Assembly: GCF_030684315.1 (NCBI RefSeq)
Contig: NC_081387.1
Coordinates: 26,592,647 to 26,656,646 of the forward strand
Length of the DNA stretch: 64,000 nucleotides
Direction: 5' to 3'
DNA from: Stegostoma tigrinum
Taxonomy: Eukaryota
Shown: positions 37,160-50,553 of the stretch, piece by piece
How positions within the stretch are numbered: position 1 is the first letter of the stretch
Layout of the letters: the number at the start of each line of letters is the position of its first letter
Notes under the pieces: model-generated
What the model saw: the letters and a program-made list of their open reading frames with translations, nothing else
Told to the model about the DNA's origin: nothing
Database searches by the model: none
Translations under genes and position numbers: made by a program

Positions 37160-38600
37160 AAAGAACAATACAGCACAGGAGCAGGCCCTTTGGCCCTCTA
37201 AGCCTGTGCCAACACATTTTGCCCTTCCTCACTAAAGACGTCTTCACTTACAGGATCTATATCCCTTTATTTTCTTCCCATTCATGAATCTGTCCAGGTG
37301 TTTCTTGAATGCTGCGATTGTATCTGCTTCCAACAACTCCTCTGGCGACATGTTCCAGGAACTCAACACCCTTTGTGTGAAAAAGTTGGTTTGCACGTCT
37401 CTTTTAAACTTCCCCCATCGCCCCTTGAACCTGTGTCCCTAGTAATTGACCCCCTCCACCCTGGGAACAAGGCCCACACTTTCCACTCTACCCCTGCCAT
37501 TCACAATCTTATAAGCTTCTATCAGGTCACCATCCAACCGCCTGCATTCCAGTGAAAACAATCTTAATCTATCAAATTGTTGTTCATTGCTAAAATCCCC
37601 CATATCAGGCAACATCCTGGTAAATCTTTTCGGTACCTTTTCCAAAGCATCCATATCCTTCCGGTGGCGTGGTGAACATAAATGTACACAATACTCCAAG
37701 TGTGGTCTTTAAAGTTCAATAAAGCTGCAACATAACTTGCCCATCTTTGTACTTAATGCCCTTTCCAATGAAGGCAAACATGCCAAAGGCCTTTATTATT
37801 ACCTTAGCTACCTGCCCTGCCACCTTCAGTGATCTGTTGATGTGCACACCCAGATCCCTCTGCATACCAATTCCTGAACCTAAAGGTTCTGCCGTTCATT
37901 GTATAATTTCTACCTGTATTTGACCTTCCAAAGAGCATCGCCTCACATTTTGCCCAGATAAAATTTTTCTGCCCATGCCTCCAAATGATTTATATCCTGA
38001 CGTATCCTCTGATGATCCTTCTCACTATCCACAACTCCACCAATCTTTGTATTGTCTGCAAAGTTATTAATTGGATCAGCTATTTGCATAGACCACAACT
38101 AGCAGAGGACTCAGAACTGATCGTTGAACACCACTAGTCACAATCCTCCATTCCAAAAAGCATCCCTCCACCGTTTCCTTCTGTCTCCTATGATTGAGGC
38201 AGTTCTGCATCCACCTTGCCAGCCCACCCTGATACTATCTGACTTCACCTTTTGTACCAATCTGCCACAAGGGACCTTGTCAAAGGCTTTACTGAAATCC
38301 ACACGGACAACATCAAACGCTCTTTCCCCATCAATCATCTTTATCACCTCCTAAAAACACTTGATCAAGTTAGTGAAGCACGACCTCCCTGCAAAACCAT
38401 GCTGTCTATCGTTAATAAGTCCATTTGCTTCAAAACGCATTTATATTTTGGCTCTGAGACTTTTCCACTAATTTCCCTACCACTGATGTAAGACTCATAG
38501 CCTGTAATTTCCAGGATTATCCCTGTTACCTTTCTTAAATAATGGCACAACATTGGCTATTCTTCAGTCCCCTGCGACCTCAACTGTGCCCAAAGATGTC
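37160..38600 (-). mobile_element. CR1 LINE RT fragment
   Basis: VDFSKAFDKVPCGRL and EYCVHLCSP...FSLECRRLDGDLIEAYKI. Confidence 0.85.
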
Positions 38601-40599
38601 CTTCAATGCTTTAGCAATTTTTTCCCTGGCCTCCCTCAAGGCTGAGATAGACAGGATTTAGTCAGTAAGGGAAAGAAGGGTTATGGGAGAAAGGTAGATA
38701 AGTAGTTGAGGCTTATCAGATCAACCATGATTGAATTGAATGATGGAGCACCTTGATGGGTCAAATGGTGTAATTTTACTCCTGCATCTTAATGGGTAAG
38801 CCTTGCAACTTTGCTCTCACGTCACCCTTTTTCATGATGAGGATTGGGCCTCATTACTGAATACTGATGTTGACTTCCTGCTTAATAAACTCTCCTTTAT
38901 CTCCCTAAAACATGCCTGCTGAATCTGAATCCTCATTTACGTCTGTTGTTGGTACCTATATGAACTATGATCTCCAGCTGATCAACCCCCATTTCACCAT
39001 GTTTGCAACTGCCTAGTGACATCCTGCATCCTTACAAAAGAAAGGCACTCTGACATCCTGGAGTAACATCTGTGGGTGAAAGAAAACATTCTATTCTCTG
39101 AACTAAGACGCTTCCACCACTATCACACATCCTGTCTTCTTCTTTCCCTTGACAACTGAGTCACATATGATGCCGTGACCTGTCTCACTGTACTTTCCAG
39201 GAAATGTATCACTTCAGCAGTATTCTGAATGAAATCCTGGTCAGGCATGAACACAGAACTGCACAGCACAGGAATGGGCCCTTCAGCCCACTATGTTGTG
39301 CCAAAAAGGACACCAAATGAAACTAATCCCTTCCTGCCCTTGAAAAATATCCCACCATTCCTTGCATATTCATGGGCTTATCTAAAAATCCTATTGCCTC
39401 TATTGTATCTGCCTTCACCACCACCACACCTGGCAGTACATTCCACCCCAGTGCAAGATAAACAGATGTGGGATTGACGATGACGAGGAAGAGTGAGAGT
39501 AGAAGATGACGACAAGATGGAAGGTTTATGATAGGCTGGAAGGCAGCAGAAATCAAATGAAGAAAAGGATGATGGTACATGGGGTACGCTAAAATTGGGG
39601 TGACAATTAGGTGTGAAAATGCCAAAGGTGTGTGGTGAAAGGATATAAATCAGCATCAAATGGCATTTAAAAAAAGATTTTTAAAGTTACAAAATGGAGT
39701 CAAAAGCTATGATCAGAAATTTCTGTGTGATCTTACAAACTGCCTTATTGAAAGATGAGATAGTAAGAACAGTCAATGCTGGTGTCAGAGGCAGTAAAGG
39801 AGTAGGAAAGTTGATGTTTCAGGTCAGGACCCTTCTTCAGAAATCCAGAAATTCTGAAGAAGCATCCTTACCCTAAAAAAAATCAACTTTCCTACTCCTC
39901 TGATGCTGCCTGGCCTGCTGTGTTCCTCCAGCTCCACACTGCGTTACAATGAAAAGGTAAGTTGCCTAATCTTCAGTTTGCATTCAGCCTCACAGGGAAG
40001 GTGCATTTCATCTCTTCAACCATCTCACAGGCATTCTCTCTTGTTCTTTCCTCTAATCTCCTCTTGCTCTGCCCCTGTACTTGCAGCAAAGTTGTTGCAT
40101 CTCTAGCTTTATCCAGTACTGGATGAAGAGTCATCAGCCTGAATGATTAGCTTTGTTTCACTCATTGAGTCATGAAAGGACAGGAGGTGGCCATTCCATC
40201 CATTTAATCCACGTTAGCTCTAGTACAGCAGCCTTATCAATCTTGTTACTCTGGTCTATCCCAGCATCCCTGCTGGTGTATTTCTCTCAAGTGTTCACAG
40301 AACTTTTGAGTCAAACTCATGCAGCATGGAAACCGACCCTTTGGCCAATTACAGGGCGACCAGGTTTCCTAAACTGAACTCTACCTACCTGCACTTGGAC
40401 AATATCCCTCCTAACCACGTACCCGTCCAAACGTCTTCTAAATGTTGTCATTGTAACTGTATTCGCCTCCAGCAGCTCAAACAACATGTACACCACCCTC
40501 TGCGCGGGAACGTAGCCCCTCGAATCCCTTTTAAATCTTTCCCCTCTCGCCTTAAGCCCAATGTGCAGCCGGATGAATACTTCCAGCCGCTTGGCAGGC

Positions 40600-40751
40600 T
40601 GGTAGCACGTCAATCAAACGAAAAGGCGGGAACACAGGTGACACAGTGGGCAGGGATCGGCGGAATTCTCGCGATATCGGGCGGTCCGTCCGCGCGCAGG
40701 CGCCGCGGGTTTGAACCGGTTTGACTGGGAGCTGCCGTCATTGTCGGTGCC
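40600..40751 (+). promoter_or_regulatory. LSM2 CpG-island, TATA-less promoter / 5'UTR
   Basis: CpG-rich; cacgtca, E2F-like ggcgggaa, tctcgcgata, GC box gggcgg, NRF1-like gcgcaggcgc, CHR-like tttgaa. Confidence 0.7.
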
Positions 40752-40754
40752 ATG
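40752..40754 (+). CDS. LSM2: LSM2 exon 1 coding part (ATG only)
   Basis: gccATG|gtgagt: Kozak ATG directly followed by a perfect donor; completes the 95-aa frame. Confidence 0.85.
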
Positions 40755-40769
40755 GTGAGTGAGAGAGGG

Positions 40770-41010
40770 TCTGAGAGAGACCGGGCCCGGGGGGGAGAGA
40801 GAGTCTCACAGGGACCGGGCCCGGGGAGGGAGAGAGAGTCTCACAGGGACCGGGCCCGGGGAGGGAGAGAGAGTCTCACAGGGACCGGGCCCGGGGGGGA
40901 GAGAGAGTCTCACAGGGACCGGGCCCGGGGTGGGGTGGTGAGGGAGAGTCTTACAGGGACCGGGCCGGGGGGGTTGAGGGAGAGAGTCTCACAGGGACAG
41001 GGACCAGGCC
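40770..41010. repeat. GC-rich minisatellite, ~31-36-bp unit x ~6-7
   Basis: gagagagagtctcacagggaccgggcccgggg(aggg) repeated. Confidence 0.9.
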
Positions 41011-41129
41011 GGGGGGCAAGAGTGAGTGAGTGAGGAGGTAGGAAGTGGAGGGATAGGGACGGAGATAGAGTGTGAGTGACTGTCTCACAGAGACCAGACC
41101 GGGGGACGGAGTAGAGAAGCAGGTTGAAA

Positions 41130-42260
41130 GACCCTACGGTAGGCTATTGCATAAAATGCGGAGGCATGTGATTGAGGGTGATTTAGCGGTTTGGATCAGA
41201 AGTTGGCTAGTTGAAAGAAGACAGAGGGTGGTAGTTGATGGGAAGTGTTCATCCTGGAGACTAGTTACTAGTGGTGTACCGCAAGGATCTGTTTTGGGGC
41301 CACTGCTGTTTGTAATTTTTATAAATGACCTGGATGAGAGCATAGAAGGATGGGTTAGTAAATTTGCAGATGACACTAAAGTCGGTGGAGTTATGGAGAG
41401 TGTGGAAGGATGTGGTGGGTTACAGAGGGACATTAGATAAGCTGCAGAGATGAGCTGAGAGGTGGCAAATGGAGTTTAATATGAAAAAGTGTGAGGTGAT
41501 TCACTTTGGAAGGAGCAACAGGAATCCAGAGTACTGGGCTAATAGTAAGATTCTTGGTAGTGTGGATGAGCAGAGAGATCCTTGTGTCCATGTACATCGA
41601 TCCCTGAAAGTTGCCACCCAGGTTGATAGGGTTGTTAAGAAGGTGTACGGTGTGTTAAGTTTTATTGGTAGAGGGATTGAGTTTCGGAGCCATGAGGTCA
41701 TGTTGCACGTGTACAAAACTCTGCGGCTGCACGTGGAGTATTGCTTACAGTCCTAGTCGCTGCATTATAGGAAGGATGTGGAAGCGTTGGAAAGGGTGCA
41801 GAGGATATTTACCAGGATGTTGCCTGGTATGGAGGGAAGGCCTTATGAGGAAAGGCTGAGAGACTTGACGCTGTTTTCATTAGACAGAAGAAGGTTAAGA
41901 GGTAACCTAATAGAGACATACGAGATGATCAGAGGATTAGATAGGGTAGACAGTGAGAGCCTTTTTCCTCAGATAGTGATGGCTAACATGAGGGGACATA
42001 GCTTTAAATTGAGGGGTAATAGATATAGGACAGATATAGAGGTAGGTTCTTTACTCAGAGTAGTAAGAGCGTGGAATGCCCTGCCTGCAACAGTTGTAGA
42101 CTTGCCTAAGTTTAAGGGCATTTAAATGGTCATTGGATAAGCATATGGATAATAATGGAATAGTGTAGGTTAGATGGGCTTCAGTTTGGTTTCACAGGTT
42201 GGCGTGACATTGAGGGCCGAAGGGCCTGTACTGCGCTGTAGTGTTCTATGTTCTGTGTTC
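41130..42260 (+). mobile_element. CR1 LINE 3' ~1.1 kb (young)
   Basis: [22 protein letters not shown]...SKFADDTK; ttctatg tail. Confidence 0.9.
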
Positions 42261-42289
42261 TAGACAGAGCCCTATAGTGATGGTGAGGG

Positions 42290-42500
42290 GTGGGGGGTGA
42301 GAGGGGGAGGGGGGGGAGAGAGAGAGAGAGAGAGAGAGAGACTGTGTGTGTCTCATTGGGTGAGTAGGAGAGAAGGATGGAAGGAAGAGTGGAGAGTTTC
42401 ACAGATTGGGGGAGGGAAGGAGAGACACAGAGGAAAGGGGGAGGGGAGGGAGAGAGATAGTAAGGAGGCAAGAGAGAGCGCGAAGAGAGAGATTGGGTAA
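42290..42500. repeat. (GA)n microsatellite and purine-rich tract
   Basis: (ga)~12 at 42316-42341 inside G/A-rich sequence. Confidence 0.8.
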
Positions 42501-42617
42501 AGGAGAAGGGTGGTGGCTGTGCTGGTCATTCCCACATTCCATTTAAAGAATTTTTAAAAAGCAACTTAATGTCATAACCATTTGACTCAGTCAAGCGCAG
42601 GAAGTTGTTGAGCTTTG

Positions 42618-43870
42618 CCATAGAACATAGAAAAGTACAGCACAGTACAGGCCCTTCAGCCCACGATGTTGTGCCGTGGAATAATCTTAATCCAAAAATA
42701 AAATAACCTAACCTACATTCCCCTCAATTCACTGCTGTCCATGTGCATGTCCAGCAGTCACTTAAATGTCACTAATGATTCTGCTTCCACGACTACCACT
42801 GGTAAAGTATTCCATGCGCTCACAGCTCTCTGGGTGAAGAACCTCCCTCTGACGTCTCCTCTGTACCTTCCTCCTAACACCTTAAAACTATGACCCCTCG
42901 TGGCATTCAATCCTGCCCTGGGGAAAAGTCTCTGGCTATCGACTCTATCCATGCCTCTCATTACCTTGTACACCTCGATCAGGTCACCTCTCTTCCTCCT
43001 TCTCTCCAGAGAGAAAAGTCCAAGCTCAGTCAACCTCTCCTCATGACAAGCCCTCCAGTCCAGGCAGCATCCTGGTAAACCTCCTTTGCACCCTCTCCAA
43101 AGCCTCCACATCTTTCCTATAATAGGGCAACCAGAACTGGACACAATATTCCAAGTGTGGTCTCACCAGGGTTCTGTAGAGCTGCAGCATAACCTCGTGG
43201 CTCTTAAACTCGATCCCCTTGTTAATGAAAGCCAAAACACCATATGCTTTCTTAACAACCTTATCCACTTGGGTGGCAACTTTGAGGGAGCTATGCACTT
43301 GAACACCAAGATCCCGCTGTTCCTCCACACTGCCGAGAATCCTGCCTTTAATCCTAAATTCAGCATTTAAGTTCGACCTTCCAAAATGCATCACTTCGCA
43401 TTTATCCAGGTTGAACTCCATCTGCCATTTCTCAGCCCAGCTCTGCGTTCTGTCAATGTCTCACTGAAGCTAGCAATAGCCCTCGATACTATCAACGGCA
43501 CCTCCAACCTTTGTCATCAGCAAACATACTAACCCACCCCTCAACCTCCTCATCCAAGTCATTTATAAAAAGTACAAAGAGCAGAAGCCCAAGAACAGAG
43601 CTCTGCGGGACACCATTCAGCACTGACCTCCAGGCAGAATACTTACCATCTACAACCACTCCCTGCCTCCTGTCAGCCAAATCACCCTGTATCCCATACC
43701 TCCTGACTTTATGAATGAGCCTGCCGTGGGGAACCTTATCAAATGCCTTGCTGAAGTCCATGTACACCACGTCCACTGCTCGACCCTCATCAACCTGTCT
43801 CGTGACTTCCTCAAAGAACTCAATAAGATTTGTAAGGCATGACCTGCCCCCCTCAAAGCCATGCTGACTC
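42618..43870 (-). mobile_element. CR1 LINE 3' ~1.25 kb (young)
   Basis: QHGF..GRSCLTNLIEFF...MDFSKAFDKVPHGRL...[13 protein letters not shown]; catagaa tail. Confidence 0.92.
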
Positions 43871-43961
43871 CCTTTATTCACACATGATCCAACAAAGTTT
43901 TAAATTTAGCTGTTTTGATTACACAAGAATTCCTGAGCTCATTCTTTTATCTTTGTTTCAG

Positions 43962-44029
43962 TTGTTTTATTCGTTTTTCAAATCCCTAGTTGGGAAAGAT
44001 GTTGTTGTCGAGTTAAAGAATGATCTCAG
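43962..44029 (+). CDS. LSM2: LSM2 exon 2 (LFYSFFKSLVGKDVVVELKNDL)
   Basis: tttcag / gtaagt; 68 nt; matches vertebrate LSM2 N-terminus. Confidence 0.97.
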
Positions 44030-44698
44030 GTAAGTTCTCCTTGTGCTTGTGTCAGTAGGGTGAAGTGTGGCTGTATAAGTAATGTCATTGGTGAGTGTTG
44101 TGACCAAGCTCTCTACTAGTGGCGTTAACTTTTCTTCAAAACAAAAAGGAATATTGCAATAAATGATGCCTTCATTTATAAGGTGATAAGTGGCTACACA
44201 TACAGTCTAAATGTGACTGCTCAGTGGAATACTGCATGAGCTTATTTAAGATCAGTGTGTTCTTTTTTAATTTGTCTAGCCGTTGCTCTTATTATAAATG
44301 AAGGAGAAGAAAAAATGCATTTGGGAGTAGTGCTTGAACTGTTGATTGTTCAGAACGCTGCGTCTATGTATTTAATTGATTGAAATCAATCCAACTATTC
44401 ATTACGGTGAACAATTGATGTTAAAATCCATCAGATTTTGCTTAAAGAGACAAGAAAATCCCACTTGCGGTTTGAAACTGTTTAAAAGTGCATTGAGGTT
44501 GTAACTGCACCTACTTGGTTGGATCATGGTCATCAAAAGTTGTAGTCTGTCCCCTGAGGTAGCAACACCATTCCAGATAAGGGATTACTGTATCCAAAAC
44601 ACACTTTTGGAAAAGCATATGGACAATGTAAAATGGATGAAGTATTATCTACCTGTTTACTTTTCTTCAGTATTTTGAAGGTAACACATTCATAAGAT

Positions 44699-45050
44699 GG
44701 GTGGCTCAGTGGTTAGCAGTGCTGCATCACAGCACCAGGGAACTGGTTTTAATTCCACCCTCAGGCAACTGTCTGTAGAGTTTACACGTTCTGCCTGTTT
44801 TCTCCCCCAAGTGCTCTGGTTTCTCCCCACAGATGTGCAGCCGAGGTAGACTGGCCATGCTAAATTGTCCATTGTGTCCAGGGATCTGCAGGCCGGGTGG
44901 GTGAGCCATGGGAAATGCAGGGTTTCAGGGATGGGGGGGGAGAGGGGTTGGGTGGTGGTGTTTGGCCCTGGGGACAATACCCTTTGAAGAGTCGATGTGG
45001 ATTCATTGGGCGGAATGGCCTGCTTCCACAGTGTTGGGATTCTGTGACTC
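44699..45050 (+). mobile_element. tRNA-derived SINE
   Basis: A box head, V-core-like middle, tail. Confidence 0.75.
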
Positions 45051-46782
45051 TAAGATGTTTGAGCATTTTTGGAGTGTTGGTGTAGGCTTGGTGGCCCAAA
45101 TGGCTTCTTATCCACACTAGGGATTCTGTGATTTTCATTTTATTCTACGGGCACCTATATCTGAGTAGCAACAAAGCAAACTAACTCCCTGCCAGTAGAC
45201 ACAGGTGACTTTTTAAAGAGAAAATGTAATATCAGACTTTAATAGGTTGAAAACCTGCAAATTGATGTGATGTGAGCAGTGTTGAATAGATCAGCATTTA
45301 TTGTTTATCCCTAATTACCCTAGAGTAGGCATGGTGAGTTCATGAGCTGCTGTAGTTCATGGTGTAGGAACACTCCCAATGCTGTTAAGAGGGGAATTTA
45401 AGATTTTTGACCAAGTGACAGCAAGGGAATAGTGATATATTTCCAAATATAGATGGTGAGTAGCTTAGGAATTTGAATGTCGTGCCTGCTGTCCTTGTCT
45501 TTCTAGGTTGTAAAGGTCATATGTTTGAAAGGCTTCTGTGGAGCTTTTGCATCTTGCTGATGGTATACCATGTGTCAGGAGTGAATGTTGAAGGTGGTAA
45601 ATGTGGTGCAAGTCAAGTGGGTTACTTTGTCCTGGATGGTGTTGGTTTTGTGTTGTTGGAGCTGCACTCATCCAAGCAAATGGCCTATATTCCATCCTGA
45701 TTTGTGCCTTGTAGACGGTGGACTGACTTGGGGAAGTCAAGAGGCAGTTACTTGCTGCAGTATTCCTAGCTTCTGGCCTGGCCTTGTAGCCACAGTATCT
45801 ATGTGGTTAGTCCAGTTCAATTTCAGGTCAGTGATAACTTCCAGAATGTTGATGGGAGTTACATGAAACTGTCTGATGTATGTTAGAGTTCTAGCTGTGC
45901 AACCACTCCTTAGCTAGAGGCATGGTAAGTTCAGGAGCATAAGTCTTTGGTACTATTGCTGAAGTAATTTTACGGCCCGTAGCTGTTGCTTGATACTACA
46001 TGGTTGAAGAGTGGAGATCCTGCCACCATTGATACCAGAGGATGTTAAGGAGGATTGACCATTATTATTTCTGATTATTATGAAGCTGGAGAAGGTTCAA
46101 AAGTCATTTGCCAGGATGTTGCCGAGTATGGAAGGCTTGAGTTATAAGGAGAGGCTGGTTAGGCAGGGACTTTTTTCCCTGGAGCATAGGAGACTGGGAA
46201 GTGACCTTAGAAAGGTTTATAACATGTGGGTGCAGGTAAGGTGAATGGCAGGTGTCTTTTTGCTAGGGTGATTGATTTCAAGACAAGGGGTCATATTTTT
46301 AAGGTGAGAGGAGAAATTTTAAAAAAAGACTTGAGGGGTAAATTGTTTTACACAGTGGCTTGTGTGAGGAATCAATTTCCAGGGGAAGTGATGGATGTGT
46401 TGAAGTTACAACATTTAAAAGACATTTAGATAAGTACATGAATAAGAACTGGGTCACGTGCAGGCACATGGGAGGGATATGGGTCACGTGCAGACAGATA
46501 GGACTAGTTTTCTTTAGGATTATAATCGGCATGAACTGATTGGACTGAAGGATCAGTATCTATGCTGTCTGACTGTCTCGTTAAAGATCGTTGTAACTTA
46601 TTGAAGATGGGGATATTTGTGGAGCCCCTGCCTTCAGAGTTGTTTAATTGTCCACCACTATTCACAACTGGATGTGGTAGGATTACAGAACTTAGGTCTG
46701 ATTCCTTTAGTCTGCCTATTACATGTTGCTTCCATTGTTTGGCACGTGAGTAGTCCTTCACCAGATTGACAACATACTTTTA

Positions 46783-47105
46783 GGGTGGCAAGGTGGCTCA
46801 GTGATTAGCATTGCTTCCTCACAGTGCCAGGAACCCGGGTTCGATTCCACGCTCGGCGACTGTCTGTGTGGAGTTTGCACGTTCTCCCTGTGTCTGCATG
46901 GATTTCCTCCGGGTGCTGCGGCTTCCTCCCACAGTCCAGAGGTGTGCAGGCTAAGGTGGATTAGCCATGCTAAATTACCCCTAATGTTGGGGGATAGGTA
47001 GATTAGGTGGGTTGTAGGGGTAAGGGTCAGGGTTGGATGCTCTGAGGGTTGGTGTGGACTTGTTGGACTGAAGGGCCTGTTTCCACGCTTAGGGATTCTG
47101 TGATC
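46783..47105 (+). mobile_element. tRNA-derived SINE
   Basis: ggtggctcagtg head, gggttcgattcc B box. Confidence 0.85.
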
Positions 47106-49593
47106 TATATCTAGTACTAGTTCTGGTATGTTATCCTTCAGTTTTCTTCCAACCAGGATTGATTTCTTGGCTTGATGTTGTTAGAGTGCAGGCTATGCTG
47201 GGCCATGAGATTGCAGATTGCAGATTGTGATTGTATGCAATTCTGTTGCTGATGACTCTCAGTCCCTTGTGGAGGCCCAGTCTTGAGCTGCGAAATCTGT
47301 TGGAAATCTGTCCCATTCAGCACAGTGGTAATGTCCTACAGGACAGTAGAGGTCATCTTCACAGTGAATATGGGACCTTGTCTCTGGAACAATGTGGTAC
47401 CCACTCCTACCAAAACTGTCATAAGCAGAAGTGTTTGCACTGAGCTCCAGTATATCTTTCCCTCTTTGTTCTGTCACCATTTACCGCAGGCCTTTAAATC
47501 TTGGCCAGCTCAATCAGTGGTGGTGCTATGGAGTCACACTTGGCTATGGCCGTTGAAATTCTTGCCTGTTCTCTGCACTCGCTACCTCAAGTGCATCCTC
47601 AGAATTGTCTTTGACGTGGAAAAATGCTGATCCAAAAACTTGATGCTATGCAGGACAAAGCAACCAGCTTGATAGGTACCACATCCACTCCCTCCTCCAC
47701 CAATACTCAGTACATGAGTGGGTACCTTCTAAGAGATCCACTGCTGAAATTCACCAATGATCCTTCAGACAGTGCCTTCCCAACCTTCACCATTTCGAAT
47801 GACACGGGCAGCAGATCTGTGGGAAGACCATGACCTGCAAGTTCCCCTCCAAGCCCCTAATTCTAATTCTGACTTGGAAATATATTGCCATTCCTTCAGT
47901 ATCGCTGTGTCAAAACCCTGAATTTCCCTCCCTCGTGGCATTGTAGGTCTGCCTACAGCACATGGACTGCAGTGTTTCGAGAAGTTAATTTGCCACCTCA
48001 GGGCAAATAGGATCGGACAATAAAAGTTGGTCTTGGCAGTAATGAAAACAAACTACTGTGGATGCTGGCCATCTGAGATTCAAAAACAAATTGCTGGAGA
48101 AACTCAAGTCTGGCAGCACCTATGGAGAGAGAAACGGTTAATGTTACAGATGGCTGTCGATAAAGTCCCACATAAGAGTTTAGCCTGCAAAACTAAAGCC
48201 CTGTGGGATTGGAGGTCATGTATGAAACAAAACTAGTTCGCAGGAAGAGAATAGCGTCTGCTTTCAGAGTGGCAGGCTTGAACTCCAGCTAGTCACAATA
48301 TATTGACGAATTAGATGAGGAAACTACATGTTATACCTCCAGGTTCGCTGATGAGACAAAACTCTGAGAGGGTTTGCTGTGAGGAGATGCTCTGTGTCCA
48401 GAGATCATCCAGCTTGTTTTGGACAAGTTCAGTAAGTGTGCAAATAAATGGCAGATGCTGAATAATATGGATAATGAGGTTATCCACTTGGGGAAAACAC
48501 AGTCAGATTATCATTTGATGGATTAGAAAAAGAAAATTGTACAACAAGCCCTGAGTATCCAAGCGCACCGGTTGCTGAAAGTAAGTGTGCAGGTGCTGAT
48601 GAAGGCAAAATGTTGACCTTGATAGCAAGATTTGTGTATAGGTGCAGGGAGTCTCGCTGTAACTGTACAGCGCATTGTTAAGACTGCTCCTGGAGTAGTG
48701 TATGCAGTTGTGGCCACCTCGTTATCAGAGGAAGGATGCTTTAGCTGTTGAGAGAGCATGAAGAAGTTTCAACAGACTGACTATAAAGGATCAGAGTTAG
48801 AACTTTTAGGACAGTTGAGAAATTTCTTTACCCAGAGAGTGGTGAGCCTTTAAAATGCTCTGTTACATGAAACTGTTGAGGTTAAAAACGTTGAGGGCTT
48901 TCAAGAAAGATGTAGATATAGTTCATGGGACTAATGGTATTAGAAATATCAACTGTTATGGGGAGAAAGGGAGAACAGTGTAGTGAGTTGGATGATCAGC
49001 CATGATCATTTTGAATGGCAGAGCAATCTCAAGACCTGTTTTTCCTATTTTCTATGTTTGAGTCCACTGTGACTCGTGTTTGGAGCTGGTTTTGCAGTGC
49101 TTGCATCACTTGTTTCAATAAGAAAAGTTGTCACTGATCTGCAACATGAATTGTCTTTGTATCCCCTTCTGCTTGACCTGAGCGTTCCCAGTCTTTGCCG
49201 ACTTCACCTTGGTGCAGATGGTATTTGGCTGTGACTGACTGCGTGTTCTTTTGATAAGTTTGAGTTGTCCGTATAGCACTTGGTCTTGATTGATGGGACT
49301 TGGTCTACAGGCTGTCAATGTAAGACGGTCATTTGTTAGTCCAGTGTGGAATCTGGGAGAAGCTACTTCCTTACTGCCCAGAGTATGATTAGCATGTGGA
49401 CCTTACTGTGACAGAGAGGTGGCTTCTGAGGGTAGGGGCACTCTGTTGGACTAATTGAGCTGAATGACTTGTGCTGTGAATATTTTTAAGACTGACAATG
49501 GGAAGCTGTGTGCTGTACATTTGGAAAGAATGATAATGCCTAAACTCTAATACAAACATAATAATATATTATTTTCCTCCCATTTATTTTTAG

Positions 49594-49624
49594 TATCTGT
49601 GGAACGCTGCACTCAGTTGATCAG
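49594..49624 (+). CDS. LSM2: LSM2 exon 3 (SICGTLHSVDQ)
   Basis: ttttag / gtgagg; 31 nt; Sm1 motif. Confidence 0.96.
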
Positions 49625-50493
49625 GTGAGGGTTGCATGTTTTGGCAGTGAATTAACACTAAAGTGTAGCTTCATTGAACTTCAAAGCTGTGTGGAACAAC
49701 CTTCAAGCTACAAATCAGGGCGAGCATTGAGCGTGTAATTATTTATTCCCTTGAATTTGATGCTTGATTCCAACCTGGACTTAACCTCTTTCCCAAAAAG
49801 CCTTTCTTTTTTTAAAGGAAATGTTTAATCCACTGTGTGTTACTGACCATCTCTTCAAACATATACTAGTGTTTGCTTGGGAGGGGAGCATTGTCCATGT
49901 TGTAGATCCTTGTTACTGGCTCCTGGGATGACTTGCCCTGCTGCCCTGTCACCCTGTCTAAAGTGGGTTTGAAATCTCTGGGGTTTAGAGTGAGATAGAA
50001 ATATACAGGGTTCTGAAGGGGTTTGACAGGGTGGACACTCGCTGGCTGTTTCCTCTTGACTGGGGAATCTTTGAATACAGGTGCTATGGTTTCAGGATAT
50101 GTCTGATCATTTCCCACTGAGATGAGAAATGGCTTCACTCAAGGGGTTTAATTCAGTGGGATTCTCTGCCCCAGGGGATAATCCTTGTCAAATGTTTGGA
50201 AATGTTGGGGGAATCAAGGGATCTGGGGTGTGTGGGGGAAGGTGGAGTTGAACTGACGATCAGCCATGATCTTATTGAGCATGCTTGGCAGATCATATGG
50301 TGTGCTTCTCCAGGTTATGATTTCCATGAGTACTGTGAAAGCATTATTTATTTACTGAACCTCTCTGAAAGTTGAGCATGATCCGAGCATTGGGCTGAAT
50401 GGCCTATTCCTGTGCCAGAAGTATTTCACTCTCCCTGAATGATGTGTAAGTGATATTTTGCAGGACGTTTTCACTGTCTCTTTATCCTTTCAG

Positions 50494-50553
50494 TATTTGA
50501 ACATCAAGCTGACAGACATAAGTGTCACTGACCCAGAGAAATATCCACACATG
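50494..50553 (+). CDS. LSM2: LSM2 exon 4 (YLNIKLTDISVTDPEKYPHM)
   Basis: tttcag / gtgagt; 60 nt. Confidence 0.97.

Noticed and set aside
40770-41010. Repeat array resembling CRISPR, and its repetitive ORFs
   Set aside because: Tandem minisatellite with no unique spacers, in a eukaryotic intron.
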